Shown here piece after piece: positions 1-10,310 of a stretch of DNA of 64,000 bases (positions are counted from its first letter, which is position 1; each line of letters opens with the position of its first letter). The stretch is taken from the IMG/VR virus record IMGVR_UViG_3300029955_000003; one strand, 5' to 3'. The notes under the pieces are model-generated. The model was not told the origin of the DNA. It searched no databases and was given only the letters and a program-made list of their open reading frames with translations. This DNA is from an uncultured virus (IMG/VR IMGVR_UViG_3300029955_000003). Taxonomy: Duplodnaviria > Heunggongvirae > Uroviricota > Caudoviricetes. The position numbers were made by a program, and so were the translations under genes.

Positions 1-62
1 ATTTCCTAAAACTATTTACTCCCACGATAATTATAACTTTACTATTAGTTATGTTATTATCA

Positions 63-2792
63 TTAAGTAATGTCACCACCTCCATAACATGATATTGCAA
101 CATAAGCAAAATCAGTAACAGTACCGGCTAAATTGTATGTCTGAATTCGTAACGATGTTGTTGCTGGGGAGAATACTATTGCAACGCCGGGGGCACCTAA
201 TGAAATCGCAACACCATAACTACCAAAAGCTAACGGAGTGCCAAAAGTTATAGTATAGTCTCCCGCAGTATTACGTGTTAAGCTTGACACATTAAGAATA
301 TAATTAGTGATAACTCCCAAAGACCCATTGAATACCACCGCCGCCGAAAGCAATGCCGCATCGGTTTTTACCGGTGCGATATTGTTTAGTGTTGGTTTTT
401 CAACACTATTACCATACATATTACTGCCGCCGCCATCTGAAAAATTCCATTTAGCTCCAGCATTTGGATTCAGAATATTAATATATGGGCGACTAGAGCT
501 AGCAACATAGGTGGCAAACTGTTGAAAACCACAACCAAGCACAGTCAATTTAATTTTAGAAGTTGTCGTTGATCCAACCAATAGTGAGATGTTATTAGTA
601 GTGAACGCATTAGTTGCATTAGATAATCTATTAAAAGTACATCCCTGTATAAGAAAAGAGGTAGAGCCGTCAGTACCACCAGCACTTATATTGACATCTG
701 AAAGACCCCCATTTCCTTCAAAGTAAACACCATGTAGGGTCGCGCCAGCCCCACCGTCTATCATTATTGAGTTATTTGATGATAACAGCAATCCACCAGA
801 ACCACTGTTACCATAAATACCATTTTCTTCAAATGCCCCACCAATAAAATTAACTGTTGTGGTATCAGCCAATGCTGCCCCATATATAACATTCTGTCCA
901 AATTCACAAGAATCAAAGGTAATGGCATTTGGATCAGACAATGATAGTCTAGAAGCAGCAAAGCCACACCAATTCCATCTAGTATTTAAACGATGAAATG
1001 AGGAAGAAAGAATGTCATATCCAAGGACCCCATAATAAAACCCCTCAATTAAGATATCATTAACCTCGAACCACGCTGCATATATAATACCCAATCCAAT
1101 AAGAGAAGTTGGTTTCTGATTTACTGCTGAATAAAAATGTAATCCAGAAACTTTAAAATAAGTAATAAAATTAGACGAAACCCCCTCAATAGTCAATACG
1201 CTATTAGTTCCGGCATAATAGAACATGGTGCATCCTGATCCATCCCCTTCAATACTAATTCTGTTGTTGGCAGCATCTCCAGTATTGGTCATAATTGCTG
1301 TTAACCCAGTAGGATTAATAAAATAATCTCCAGCAGGTACAATTAATTTTCCACCAATAGATATAAGATAATTAATAGCATTTTGAATTGAGGTAGTATC
1401 GTCTGTACCATAAACTATGGTTTGCGATGTGGACACCGCAGTAGTAGCATTATCTGCCAATGTAACACTTGTTGTACTTATAAAGGCAGTAATAGTAGAC
1501 ACCAACGCATTACCAGAAACGCCAGCACCGGGAATAACAATCGCTTTCCCGATGTCTGTTGATACAAAACTTGCTCCTGCCACCGTTAATGATGGACTAC
1601 CGGCAGCAAGTGTTACTGTACCATTAACTGTTATTGTATTACCAGCGGCACCAAAATCCCGCACACTTATATTCTCTTTTAATTTAGATGTTACGGCTCT
1701 GGTAACTGCACCAGTCCCAGTTTGGGCAAAATACACATTACTAGCACTTGGGTTAGTAGCAGTTAATAGGGCTTTACCGGAAGTAGTGGCATCAGTTATC
1801 ATATTAGATGTGACATTAGATGCTCCTAGTTGAGCGCCGCCGCCCCATCCCCCAGAAGTTTTTGGTCCATATAAAAGATTGCTTGTGGTATCTACATAAA
1901 AATCATTAATATTACCAACTAATACAGATGGGGCACCTGAACCATTACGTAAACCGGGCGGAAGCGCTGCTTGAACAAATGCGGTTGTAGAAATTTGTGT
2001 ATTATTAGTTCCTGCTGTAGCCGTGGGTGCAGTTGGTACTCCGGTAAATGCAGGAGAAGCTAAAGGAGCGCCATTTATAGATGACAATGCTGTGCTGGTA
2101 GAAGAAGCAGTCAACAATCCCACCCCAATAGAAGTAGCATCACTGATCTGACCAGAACTTATTGATGTTGTGGCAATTAGAACGCCCCCGTTCCATCCTC
2201 CTGATGTTTTCGGTCCATATAACAAATTATTAGTATAATCAAAATAAAAATCACTAATATTGCCAGTGCCCGAAGAAGGACCACCACTTCCGCTTCTTAA
2301 TCCGGGCGGAAGCGCTGCTTGAACAAATGCGGTTGTAGAAATTTGTGTTGTATTAGTTCCTACCGTAGCGGTAGGCGCTGTTGGTACTCCGGTAAATGCA
2401 GGGGATGACGTAGGAGCAAACCCGTAAGCACCTCTAAATGAGAAATAATTTGTGCCATTAGAAATTAGGTAAATTCCCTGTCCTGTTGTTAACACAATAG
2501 AACTTAACCCATCAATGGTCGATGTTGTTGGTGTGATTGTAACCGTGCCAGTGCCAGTGTTTTGTACGTGGGTGAACCACCCGGTTCCGAGGGGTGATGT
2601 TGCCTGTGGTAATGTTACAGCAACAGCACTGGAATTTGAAAATGTTACCAGTTTCCCGCCGTCTGTTTGTACAAATGTATAGGTAGTTCCTAACTGTTGA
2701 TTAACAGATGTGATACCGATCAGCGTATCGCCGGATGCTGTTTGTTGCACGATCCCATTCGATCCTAAACACAGCGGAAGCCTTGTTGCCAT
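63..2792 (-). CDS. Tail fibre/tailspike with C-terminal pectate-lyase-like beta-helix (putative depolymerase)
   Basis: 909 aa. Contains the SPAFTGVPTAPT fibre repeats and 'KLKENISVRDFGAAG...DDTTSIQNAIN...GGKLIVPAGDY', which is typical of Pectate_lyase_3-type tailspikes. Confidence 0.75.
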   Translation of the reverse strand: MATRLPLCLGSNGIVQQTASGDTLIGITSVNQQLGTTYTFVQTDGGKLVTFSNSSAVAVTLPQATSPLGTGWFTHVQNTGTGTVTITPTTSTIDGLSSIVLTTGQGIYLISNGTNYFSFRGAYGFAPTSSPAFTGVPTAPTATVGTNTTQISTTAFVQAALPPGLRSGSGGPSSGTGNISDFYFDYTNNLLYGPKTSGGWNGGVLIATTSISSGQISDATSIGVGLLTASSTSTALSSINGAPLASPAFTGVPTAPTATAGTNNTQISTTAFVQAALPPGLRNGSGAPSVLVGNINDFYVDTTSNLLYGPKTSGGWGGGAQLGASNVTSNMITDATTSGKALLTATNPSASNVYFAQTGTGAVTRAVTSKLKENISVRDFGAAGNTITVNGTVTLAAGSPSLTVAGASFVSTDIGKAIVIPGAGVSGNALVSTITAFISTTSVTLADNATTAVSTSQTIVYGTDDTTSIQNAINYLISIGGKLIVPAGDYFINPTGLTAIMTNTGDAANNRISIEGDGSGCTMFYYAGTNSVLTIEGVSSNFITYFKVSGLHFYSAVNQKPTSLIGLGIIYAAWFEVNDILIEGFYYGVLGYDILSSSFHRLNTRWNWCGFAASRLSLSDPNAITFDSCEFGQNVIYGAALADTTTVNFIGGAFEENGIYGNSGSGGLLLSSNNSIMIDGGAGATLHGVYFEGNGGLSDVNISAGGTDGSTSFLIQGCTFNRLSNATNAFTTNNISLLVGSTTTSKIKLTVLGCGFQQFATYVASSSRPYINILNPNAGAKWNFSDGGGSNMYGNSVEKPTLNNIAPVKTDAALLSAAVVFNGSLGVITNYILNVSSLTRNTAGDYTITFGTPLAFGSYGVAISLGAPGVAIVFSPATTSLRIQTYNLAGTVTDFAYVAISCYGGGDIT
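1954..2401. repeat. Intragenic direct repeat, 348 bp period (116 aa module)
   Basis: ccgggcggaagcgctgcttgaacaaatgcggttgtagaaatttgtgt is identical at 1954-2000 and 2302-2348, with imperfect similarity on both sides. Confidence 0.85.
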
Positions 2793-2823
2793 TAAATAAT
2801 ACCTTTTAAATATATTTATGAAT

Positions 2824-2857
2824 AAAAACAGATAGGTTGTTAAATTAACAACCTATC
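2824..2857 (-). terminator. Rho-independent terminator
   Basis: 13-bp inverted repeat gataggttgttaa/ttaacaacctatc, followed by a T-tract on the minus strand, downstream of 2907-4226. Confidence 0.65.
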
Positions 2858-2906
2858 ATCCACCTTTTCATTATGTTATAAATTGAAATTACATTTTACA
2901 GTAATT

Positions 2907-4226
2907 TTAATTATAATATCCAGTAGTAGAAGTACCCGGAGTTGTACCGGGGAAATAATTTATGTTACCACCAGTTCCACTAACATTAGCGCCAGTAGCA
3001 ATACTATATCGTTGACCAGTTATTGTATAAGAACCCGCGCTGTATGTATTACCGGATACTTGTAAAACACTCCCTCTATCTGCATAGGCAAACGCCGTAG
3101 TAGTCGTATTCGCTGTAAATATAATTAATGGGGCATAATCAATTAAAAACCCATTTTGGACTGCTTGATAATGGTTAACTGCATTTCCTGATACCGTGTA
3201 AGTTGTCTCAAGATATAATACCGATCCTGACCCACTCGACTGTATGCGGCTAGTAACACATGGACCAAATGTCACCCCCGAGCCTACATTAAATTCTCCC
3301 GCATAGGAGATAGAAATACATCCACCATAAGATGACATTATAGTCATGTTTTGTATAGTTACCTGCCCACTATCTCCTATGTACTGTATAACGGCATTAT
3401 TTTGTTCAGCGGTGCCACTGATTGGATTAATGGTACATCCACCACCGTCAACAACCAATCCCGGACTTCCCAGTACTGTTCCGTTGAAGGTCAAATCACC
3501 AGCAACAGTATACGTTTGGCTTCCTGCCATATAGATGGACATATAATAACCACCCGCATCAAAATTTATAAGAGCATTTTGATAGGCAGCTTGAAAAGTT
3601 TTGAAAGCGCCAGCACCTGCTACTAACCCATCAGTGTTGGTAGACCCTAAAACACCATCAACGTATAAAATTGGGTAAGTTGACCATCTGTAACGTTGTG
3701 ATCCTCTTTGCGCCGTCCATGATCCAGTAATGTTAGAGATAACATCTGATTGACCGGGCCACAGAATGTACGTCGGTCCTCCACTGATAATAATCTGTTT
3801 ACCACGAGTATCATTATTTTGGATATTATAATACCCAGTGGTATATCCGCTCGGAGCATTAAACGTCACCGCATAATAAGAACTACCAGTCAAAGATAAC
3901 AGGGTATTAACATCAGCGGAAGTAACTGTGTAAGCAGCCGTTTTAGTCGTAAATGTTAATGGGACTGTTGCGGTAGTATAGGCTGATGAAATAGGTGTTG
4001 ATTCTGCAATATAATTAGTATTAGAAACCGTGGTTCCTGAATAATTAGTTGCTAATGTGATACTAGTATCAGAATTAATGGTAGATATTTGATACCACTG
4101 ACCACTAGAACCAATCATAATCAACCACCCGCTTGTAACACCACTGGTCATCCAAGCAGTACCTATTCCAGTTAATGACAGTGATCCATTTGTAACAGAA
4201 ACCGTTCCTGTACTATATTGAGACAT
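2907..4226 (-). CDS. Tail fibre / receptor-binding protein
   Basis: N-terminal YSTGTVSVTNGS..LTGIGTAW fibre motif. The C-terminal beta-rich domain resembles that of 28712-29947. Confidence 0.7.
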   Translation of the reverse strand: MSQYSTGTVSVTNGSLSLTGIGTAWMTSGVTSGWLIMIGSSGQWYQISTINSDTSITLATNYSGTTVSNTNYIAESTPISSAYTTATVPLTFTTKTAAYTVTSADVNTLLSLTGSSYYAVTFNAPSGYTTGYYNIQNNDTRGKQIIISGGPTYILWPGQSDVISNITGSWTAQRGSQRYRWSTYPILYVDGVLGSTNTDGLVAGAGAFKTFQAAYQNALINFDAGGYYMSIYMAGSQTYTVAGDLTFNGTVLGSPGLVVDGGGCTINPISGTAEQNNAVIQYIGDSGQVTIQNMTIMSSYGGCISISYAGEFNVGSGVTFGPCVTSRIQSSGSGSVLYLETTYTVSGNAVNHYQAVQNGFLIDYAPLIIFTANTTTTAFAYADRGSVLQVSGNTYSAGSYTITGQRYSIATGANVSGTGGNINYFPGTTPGTSTTGYYN

Positions 4227-4257
4227 AAATTAAATTTCCTTAATATACTCCAGTTAT

Positions 4258-5904
4258 TTATAACTCGCTACTCACGGCGACATGAACGGATATTCCATGT
4301 CCTGCTGATACAGATACGTTATTCGCTTGCACACTAACTGCTTTGGTGGAATAATATGCCACCACTGCGTTTATATCAGTGGTTGTTGAGGTATCATAAA
4401 TTTTTCCTGTTGCGCCAGTTCCGGGACTATATATCGTTACCCCCATACCAGTAATACTGCGCATTGGGGTTCTCAATGGAATGGTGATGCTTGGATAATT
4501 ATTAGTCGCCTCGATTGTGCGATAGTAAGAAGATGCAGCCACACTCCCAATTGCCGTTCCTATATCGTAGGATGTCTGAAAGTATCTTTCACAAAATGCA
4601 AGTTCCGTAACATAAGGACGATATTCGTATACAGTTGCAGTTGAACCGAGTTCCCATTGCACCCCTGTAATATATAAATATGCACTCGGAGAGCCTACTA
4701 CCGATACTGATCCAGTAGCGCCAACATAATCACCCGTTGTCCATGCTCCGGGCGTTCCAGTATATGTTGCACCAGAACCAAGATTGAAAGATACATAAGC
4801 CGCCCCGGCTGCGCCCTGCGCCCATGTGCCTCCGGTATCACCCGGAATGGTTACAGTGATATAAGTCAGTGTACCCGCAACTGGAATTGAAAATGAAAAG
4901 GGATATGAACGTGATCCGGCATAATTTCTAATTGACCCAGAATGGGTTCCAGTTACTGAGGTGTTTACCCAGAAAGACAAAGTTGTAGTCTGAGCATTTG
5001 ATGTACCATAAGAAAAATCAGTTATTTTGAATCCTTCAACTGGTTGGCATATAAAATGATAATCAGAAGATGCTACTGAGTATGAACTTATTACCGTTAA
5101 ACCTAAAGAATAATTAAAACCAGTTGAAGTAGATGCTGTATAATATTGTGATGCACTGAATTTTGACGCTTGTGAGGCGGTATATGCCCACCCGTCTACA
5201 ACGTAAGTGCCACCACTGCCCAGCACTACACTAGAACCATTATGATGTTGATCAATTATCATAGCACCATTAAATAGCCGATTTCTGTTGCCTTGAAGAG
5301 TAGTGGCGATTGACTGTTTAACATATGCGGTTGTAGCAATTTGTGTTGTATTAGTTCCTGCGGTTGCAGTCGGTGCAGTTGGAGTTCCGCTGAGTGCGGG
5401 AGAAGCCAAAGGAGCGCCCCCCAATATGGTTAATTGGTTGGCTGCACTCGCTGAAGTCAGTAATGTTCTGCCAGCACTGGTAGAATCGACAATAGCGCTT
5501 GATAATATAGTTGTGATGCCTAATTGAATGGAACCGCCCCATCCGTTCACATTTTTAGGTCCATATAACAAATTATTAGTAGTATCTATATACATGTCGC
5601 CTAGAATACCTACACTAGAACTCGGGGCACCGCTACCGTTTCTAAGCCCGGAAACTACGCTCATACTAGATGGTAAATTAGATTCAGCATCATAAACATA
5701 TCCAGAACCAGTGGTTCCACTAAATGTCGTGCATAGTGTAATACTTGTATCTGAATTAACAGACGACACTTGGTACCAATGAGAATCGGTATTAATTGAT
5801 ATAAACCACCCCGCAGCGACGCTAGTGGTCCATGCAGTACCACTACCCGTAAGAGTAGTAGAATTAGTAACTATCGACACTGTTCCTGTATTATATCTTG
5901 CCAT
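4258..5904 (-). CDS. Tail fibre protein
   Basis: Same N-terminal motif as 2907-4226, an SPALSGTPTAPT repeat, and a C-terminal 'RNRLFNGAMIIDQ...GVQWELG..ATVYEYRP...ELAFCERYFQ' domain common in phage fibres. Confidence 0.75.
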   Translation of the reverse strand: MARYNTGTVSIVTNSTTLTGSGTAWTTSVAAGWFISINTDSHWYQVSSVNSDTSITLCTTFSGTTGSGYVYDAESNLPSSMSVVSGLRNGSGAPSSSVGILGDMYIDTTNNLLYGPKNVNGWGGSIQLGITTILSSAIVDSTSAGRTLLTSASAANQLTILGGAPLASPALSGTPTAPTATAGTNTTQIATTAYVKQSIATTLQGNRNRLFNGAMIIDQHHNGSSVVLGSGGTYVVDGWAYTASQASKFSASQYYTASTSTGFNYSLGLTVISSYSVASSDYHFICQPVEGFKITDFSYGTSNAQTTTLSFWVNTSVTGTHSGSIRNYAGSRSYPFSFSIPVAGTLTYITVTIPGDTGGTWAQGAAGAAYVSFNLGSGATYTGTPGAWTTGDYVGATGSVSVVGSPSAYLYITGVQWELGSTATVYEYRPYVTELAFCERYFQTSYDIGTAIGSVAASSYYRTIEATNNYPSITIPLRTPMRSITGMGVTIYSPGTGATGKIYDTSTTTDINAVVAYYSTKAVSVQANNVSVSAGHGISVHVAVSSEL

Positions 5905-5926
5905 TATTTTTCAATCTTTCATAAAT

Positions 5927-7714
5927 TTATAATTGAATTGGGAATTGTGGATTAATCAGTAGCTGGGTAGTTGATATTGCTCGTCCTATACACACAACAA
6001 ATTGCGATCCAGCGGTAGATGGGGCGGTTGTTGTTAAATTACCGGGGGTTGTTGGATCGAGGAAATATACCGCGCCAGCAGTAAGACCACCGGATTCACC
6101 AGTAACTACTGTATCCCATTGAATAGTAGTAAGCGTCAATATCCCTTCAGGAGCAATATATCCAGCAGAACTAGCAGTAATTGCTGCGGTAGCAAGTCCT
6201 AAAACTCCAGCGGTTGTAGAAGCGTTTGCTTGGGCACGTTTAACCGCCCCTGCACCACTGATATAAACCGCCGCGCCGGGGCTAATAGTTGCAGATGATT
6301 CGGCGCTTGTTAAGTTAATAGCCTGTTGTAAAGCATTAACTGTTCCAGAAGATAGTGTAGGATTGGGCCACGATCCTGTTAACGCGCCACTGGGGCTTGA
6401 TAAACTTAAACTGCCTGAAGTAAGGACAAGCCCTGCACCAGACGGAACACTAACACCGCCGATAACGCTGGTTGTGGCTGCGGGTAATACATAAGCGTTG
6501 CTGCTGATTGCAGTTGTCACATATGCAGTGGTAGCTATTTGTGTTGTATTAGTTGGATAAGTCGCTGTAGGGGCGGCAGGAACGCCAGTAAAAGTCGGTG
6601 ATGCGATAGTTGCTAGACCCGTAATCGCGCCCATCGAACCGTTAACCGAGGTGACCGCTTCGGCAGGACCATCAATTTTATCCCAAACCGTACCATCAAA
6701 TATAATCATATCACCAACGGTCCAGTTTGAAGTACCGTCTATTGCGGTACTTCCTGCTACCGAAACTTTATACATATAGCCTTTAGTACCAGTACCAGAA
6801 GCTAATGTGGGTGAGTTAATATTGGCATTCCATACTCCTTGATATTGTAAAGAACCCACAATAGAAGATGGCAACTGGCTGGTCGGAACTTTACCGGTTC
6901 CATCTAATGCTGCAATACCAGAAGCTGCACCAATTAATGATGATAAAACATAATTACCCAATGCAGTGGTAACCGCAGCAGTTGTGGCAAGTGATGTATT
7001 ATTAGTAGTGATTGCTACTGTCGGTGCAGCAACAGTACCAGTAAAGGTAGGCGATGCTAACGGCGCTGCACCCAACATGGTCATAACCTGAGCCACAGTT
7101 AGATCGGAAGGAGAAGCGGAACCACCCGTGTTATTACCCTTAATAGTTAAGGTTGGTGTTAACGCCATAGCAGAATTGGGAAGCGCCTCATAAGTGATAG
7201 TATTAGATGAGGTAACCACTGGAACCGTGTTAATTGATGGAGACGCCGGATAAGCAACACCATGTACTGATGATGTCGTAGTAGTAATACCAGTTGCACC
7301 AGAACCAGTCGTGTCACCACTCAGGGTTATTGTTTGGTTACCTGCTAAACCACCACGCAAAGTATAATAATTTGTTCCATCTGACCAAATAACAATACCA
7401 GTATTTGTAGTAATACTAATATTAATACCCCCATCAATGGTCGAAGTAACTGGGGTAATTGTGACAGTACCAACGCCCCTATTTTGAACATTGATATACC
7501 ATCCCGAAGGAAATGACGCGCTTGCCTGAGGCAGTGTAACAGCAACAGATGATGCATTTGAAAATGTAACTAGCTTACCAATATCGCCAGAAATAAAAGT
7601 ATAACTAACACCAGACTGTGCATTAACACCAGTTAATCCAATCAACTGATCGGTTGATTGTAACTGTTGAAGACTGCCACTTGCGCCAAGTACGAGGGGG
7701 ATACGAAATGTCAT
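5927..7714 (-). CDS. Fibre/decoration structural protein
   Basis: N-terminus homologous to 63-2792, SPTFTG repeats, C-terminal domain shared with 7778-8452. Confidence 0.65.
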   Translation of the reverse strand: MTFRIPLVLGASGSLQQLQSTDQLIGLTGVNAQSGVSYTFISGDIGKLVTFSNASSVAVTLPQASASFPSGWYINVQNRGVGTVTITPVTSTIDGGINISITTNTGIVIWSDGTNYYTLRGGLAGNQTITLSGDTTGSGATGITTTTSSVHGVAYPASPSINTVPVVTSSNTITYEALPNSAMALTPTLTIKGNNTGGSASPSDLTVAQVMTMLGAAPLASPTFTGTVAAPTVAITTNNTSLATTAAVTTALGNYVLSSLIGAASGIAALDGTGKVPTSQLPSSIVGSLQYQGVWNANINSPTLASGTGTKGYMYKVSVAGSTAIDGTSNWTVGDMIIFDGTVWDKIDGPAEAVTSVNGSMGAITGLATIASPTFTGVPAAPTATYPTNTTQIATTAYVTTAISSNAYVLPAATTSVIGGVSVPSGAGLVLTSGSLSLSSPSGALTGSWPNPTLSSGTVNALQQAINLTSAESSATISPGAAVYISGAGAVKRAQANASTTAGVLGLATAAITASSAGYIAPEGILTLTTIQWDTVVTGESGGLTAGAVYFLDPTTPGNLTTTAPSTAGSQFVVCIGRAISTTQLLINPQFPIQL

Positions 7715-7777
7715 AATAAAAATCCTATAAAATTAATAATATTAGATATTAATTATATTTAGCCCCATTAGGTTATT

Positions 7778-8452
7778 TTATAACAAAATAGGATCATTGA
7801 TATTAACTTCAAATTCGGTAGTAGAAATAGCCAATCCTACATTAATCATGAACACCCCAGTTGTGGTGGGAACTGTTGTAGTAATATATCCAGGGTTTGC
7901 TGGGTCTAAGAAGTAATATTGATCAGGAATCAATCCTGTTGTAGCTCCCATAATTACCTGATTCCAAAATGTAATTGTGTTAGTCATAACACCCGTTGTT
8001 GTCACTGCACCAAAACCACCAATATTAATTTGGTTAGATGACACTAAACCAAATACTCTCGAAGAATTGATAGTGGTCGCATCTGCTCTAACAATACCTG
8101 TAGGTTCTACACACACTGGTTGACCAAAAACCAATGGCACACTATCAACATTTTGTTGTTGTGAACCAATAATGGAGTTGATTAATGTTAAAAGATTAGA
8201 AATCTGTGTATCAACATAAGATACTGTTGCTGGGCTTCCGCTTCCGCCCACCCCTGAAAGCCCCATCCATTTTGAAGAATCAAACGTCGCGCCAGATAAA
8301 TGTGAAATTATACACAGGTATACAGCCCCCTCATATGCAACAAGCGCAGTCGGTTGAGTAGATGAGTAATATATATAAGGAGTCCATATAGAAATATCCG
8401 CCCACGGAAAAATTGGATTAGATGCGAATGGGCTAGCGAAAAAATGGGTCAT
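7778..8452 (-). CDS. Virion structural protein (short carbohydrate-binding-like N-terminus; C-terminus paralogous to 5927-7714)
   Basis: 'VAYEGAVYLCIISHLSGATFDSSKW' module and 'YFLDPANPG.ITTT.P' shared domain; TAAATA upstream. Confidence 0.55.
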   Translation of the reverse strand: MTHFFASPFASNPIFPWADISIWTPYIYYSSTQPTALVAYEGAVYLCIISHLSGATFDSSKWMGLSGVGGSGSPATVSYVDTQISNLLTLINSIIGSQQQNVDSVPLVFGQPVCVEPTGIVRADATTINSSRVFGLVSSNQINIGGFGAVTTTGVMTNTITFWNQVIMGATTGLIPDQYYFLDPANPGYITTTVPTTTGVFMINVGLAISTTEFEVNINDPILL

Positions 8453-8485
8453 ATTTTAAAAATCCAAATCCTTAAATTATTTATA

Positions 8486-9931
8486 TTACGCGATAAAATA
8501 TTCTACAGTACCATGCAAGACACTTGTAGACGTAAAATTAGCATTAGTTAATAAAACACTACCGGTTGAATTATAAGTAACCAAACTAACCAGTTGCGAT
8601 GATGTGTTTACATAACCACCAACACTGCTTACCAATGCATTCATACCAGTCATATATGTTAAGGAGACTGAACCGGTAAACACAGAATCAGAAATAAAAG
8701 GCAATCCAGCTATAGTGGCGGTTCCTGAGGAAGTTCCTACAGTAGCAATACCTATAACAAATTCACAAATGATTCTTTTCCCAACGACTGTGTATGAACC
8801 GGACTGAACGGCATAACTCAATCCAACATGTGCCCCTCCAAAAGCCAAGGCGGGCGTCCATGATTGTCTTAATGGTACTGCACCTTGCACAAAAGCAGTA
8901 GTAGCAATTTTAGAACTATTATCTCCTATCGTGGGTGTTGGCGCGGTCGGTACTCCACTTAATGTAGGGGAAACCAATGGGGCAAAATGAGTCGTAATAA
9001 AAGAGGTATTAGCAATTTGTGTTGTGTTATTTGGAAATGTCGGCGTAGGCGTTATTGGTATCCCTGTAAAAGACGGGGAAGATGACGGAGACGCCCCGGT
9101 GATATCGGTAACAGATAACGAAACATTACCTATTTTTCCAGCAACAGATGTTACTATAGCAGTTGGATAACCGGGTGTGGTAGGTAACGGAGAATAAGTT
9201 ATATTATCATGATAATTAGGAGCAGCTTTTGTTAATAATCTCCAATTACCAGAATAATAGATGAACGATGCACTCCCATACCCATCATTTATAACATAAC
9301 TATTAACCATTGAGCCAAATAGTGGTAAGGTACTAAAGGTTATCTCAATAGGATATGATGATGAATTACCGTATAAGTCGCTAACAGCGAACTGATCACC
9401 ATCATTAATAATACCAGTAGGGCTTGCTATTGTATACGTCACCAATTCCCAATTTATCGGGTCGCAATGTGGTGGATAAAAAGTAGGGGTATTTGTCAAT
9501 GCCCTCCAAACAAAACCCACATCATTTACTGTATTACCAATAACATATGTGGCATTTTCTACCCAATCACCATTACTGGCTGGCGTTGCTACACCGGGAT
9601 CGACATAATTTATAGTCCAAACCGTTGCGCTGTCTGTTGCCGACGCAACATAGTATGGTTTATTTGGTAAACCTACAAAAGTACTCCAAAAATAACTATC
9701 AGAAATTATAGTCTGTTTACAAGTATGTGTTCCGATAGGAGAAGGAGAAATTATATATCCCTGATCTTCCATAATCGAGAACCTATCACCGATGTTGATC
9801 GGTGCCAATCCTCTAACATATTGCATTAATTCAAAAGTCGTCGGGTTAATAACACTAATACCGGGGGTAAATTGTGCAATATTATCGAGACGGGTAAAAT
9901 CAATTGTTGTGGTATCAATCGTAAATGTCAT
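8486..9931 (-). CDS. Tail fibre-like protein
   Basis: SPSFTG/SPTLSGVPTAPT repeats and a CBM5/12-like 'WVENATYVIGNTV...VWRA' motif. Start moved from the ORF-track 9970 to ATG 9931, just downstream of TAAATA. Confidence 0.65.
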   Translation of the reverse strand: MTFTIDTTTIDFTRLDNIAQFTPGISVINPTTFELMQYVRGLAPINIGDRFSIMEDQGYIISPSPIGTHTCKQTIISDSYFWSTFVGLPNKPYYVASATDSATVWTINYVDPGVATPASNGDWVENATYVIGNTVNDVGFVWRALTNTPTFYPPHCDPINWELVTYTIASPTGIINDGDQFAVSDLYGNSSSYPIEITFSTLPLFGSMVNSYVINDGYGSASFIYYSGNWRLLTKAAPNYHDNITYSPLPTTPGYPTAIVTSVAGKIGNVSLSVTDITGASPSSSPSFTGIPITPTPTFPNNTTQIANTSFITTHFAPLVSPTLSGVPTAPTPTIGDNSSKIATTAFVQGAVPLRQSWTPALAFGGAHVGLSYAVQSGSYTVVGKRIICEFVIGIATVGTSSGTATIAGLPFISDSVFTGSVSLTYMTGMNALVSSVGGYVNTSSQLVSLVTYNSTGSVLLTNANFTSTSVLHGTVEYFIA

Positions 9932-9960
9932 GTTGATATTATTTAGATAATATAGACAAT

Positions 9961-9993
9961 AAAAAACCACCCAAGGTTTTCACCAAGAGTGGC
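9961..9993 (-). terminator. Terminator downstream of the first tRNA cluster
   Basis: Minus strand reads GCCACTC-TT-GGT-GAAA-ACC-TT-GGGTGG-TTTTTT. Confidence 0.55.
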
Positions 9994-9997
9994 TTTA

Positions 9998-10070
9998 GGC
10001 GATTCGTACCAGTATCGATCTGGTCCCCATACTTAGACAGAGTATTGTCCTACCAATAGACGAACGAACC
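9998..10070 (-). tRNA. tRNA-Asp(GTC), atypical T-loop
   Basis: Acceptor GGTTCGT/ACGAATC; anticodon arm ATACT-CTGTCTA-AGTAT; T arm ACCAG-ATCGATA-CTGGT; discriminator G. Confidence 0.8.
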
Positions 10071-10121
10071 TCGCTGTAGTTTTTTGAGATGGTCTACCAA
10101 CCATTTTCCCTTTCGGGCTTG

Positions 10122-10194
10122 TGGGGCATCAAGGAATCGAACCTAGTCAATGTTCGGGTGTAAACCGAAAGCCGTCCCATCTGGCTCATGCCCC
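10122..10194 (-). tRNA. tRNA-Val(TAC)
   Basis: Acceptor GGGGCAT/ATGCCCC; anticodon arm TTCGG-TTTACAC-CCGAA; T-loop TTCGATT. Confidence 0.85.
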
Positions 10195-10218
10195 ATATTA
10201 AAATGTATTTAATACATT

Positions 10219-10310
10219 TGGTGGGAAGTAGCTAGAATCGAACTGCTTGCCGCAAAGGGAACGCTTTTACAGAGCGCTGACGGGACCACCCATCCTTATT
10301 TGTACTTCCC
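10219..10310 (-). tRNA. tRNA-Tyr(GTA)-like, non-canonical cloverleaf
   Basis: Acceptor GGGAAGTA/TACTTCCC + ACCA; anticodon arm GCGCT-CTGTAAA-AGCGT; 6-bp D-stem GATGGG-TGGT-CCCGTC; T-loop TTCGATT. Confidence 0.7.

Noticed and set aside
63..9931. Diversity-generating retroelement or invertase-based fibre switching
   Set aside because: No reverse transcriptase or recombinase in the window; repeat differences are not adenine-specific and the repeats are direct.
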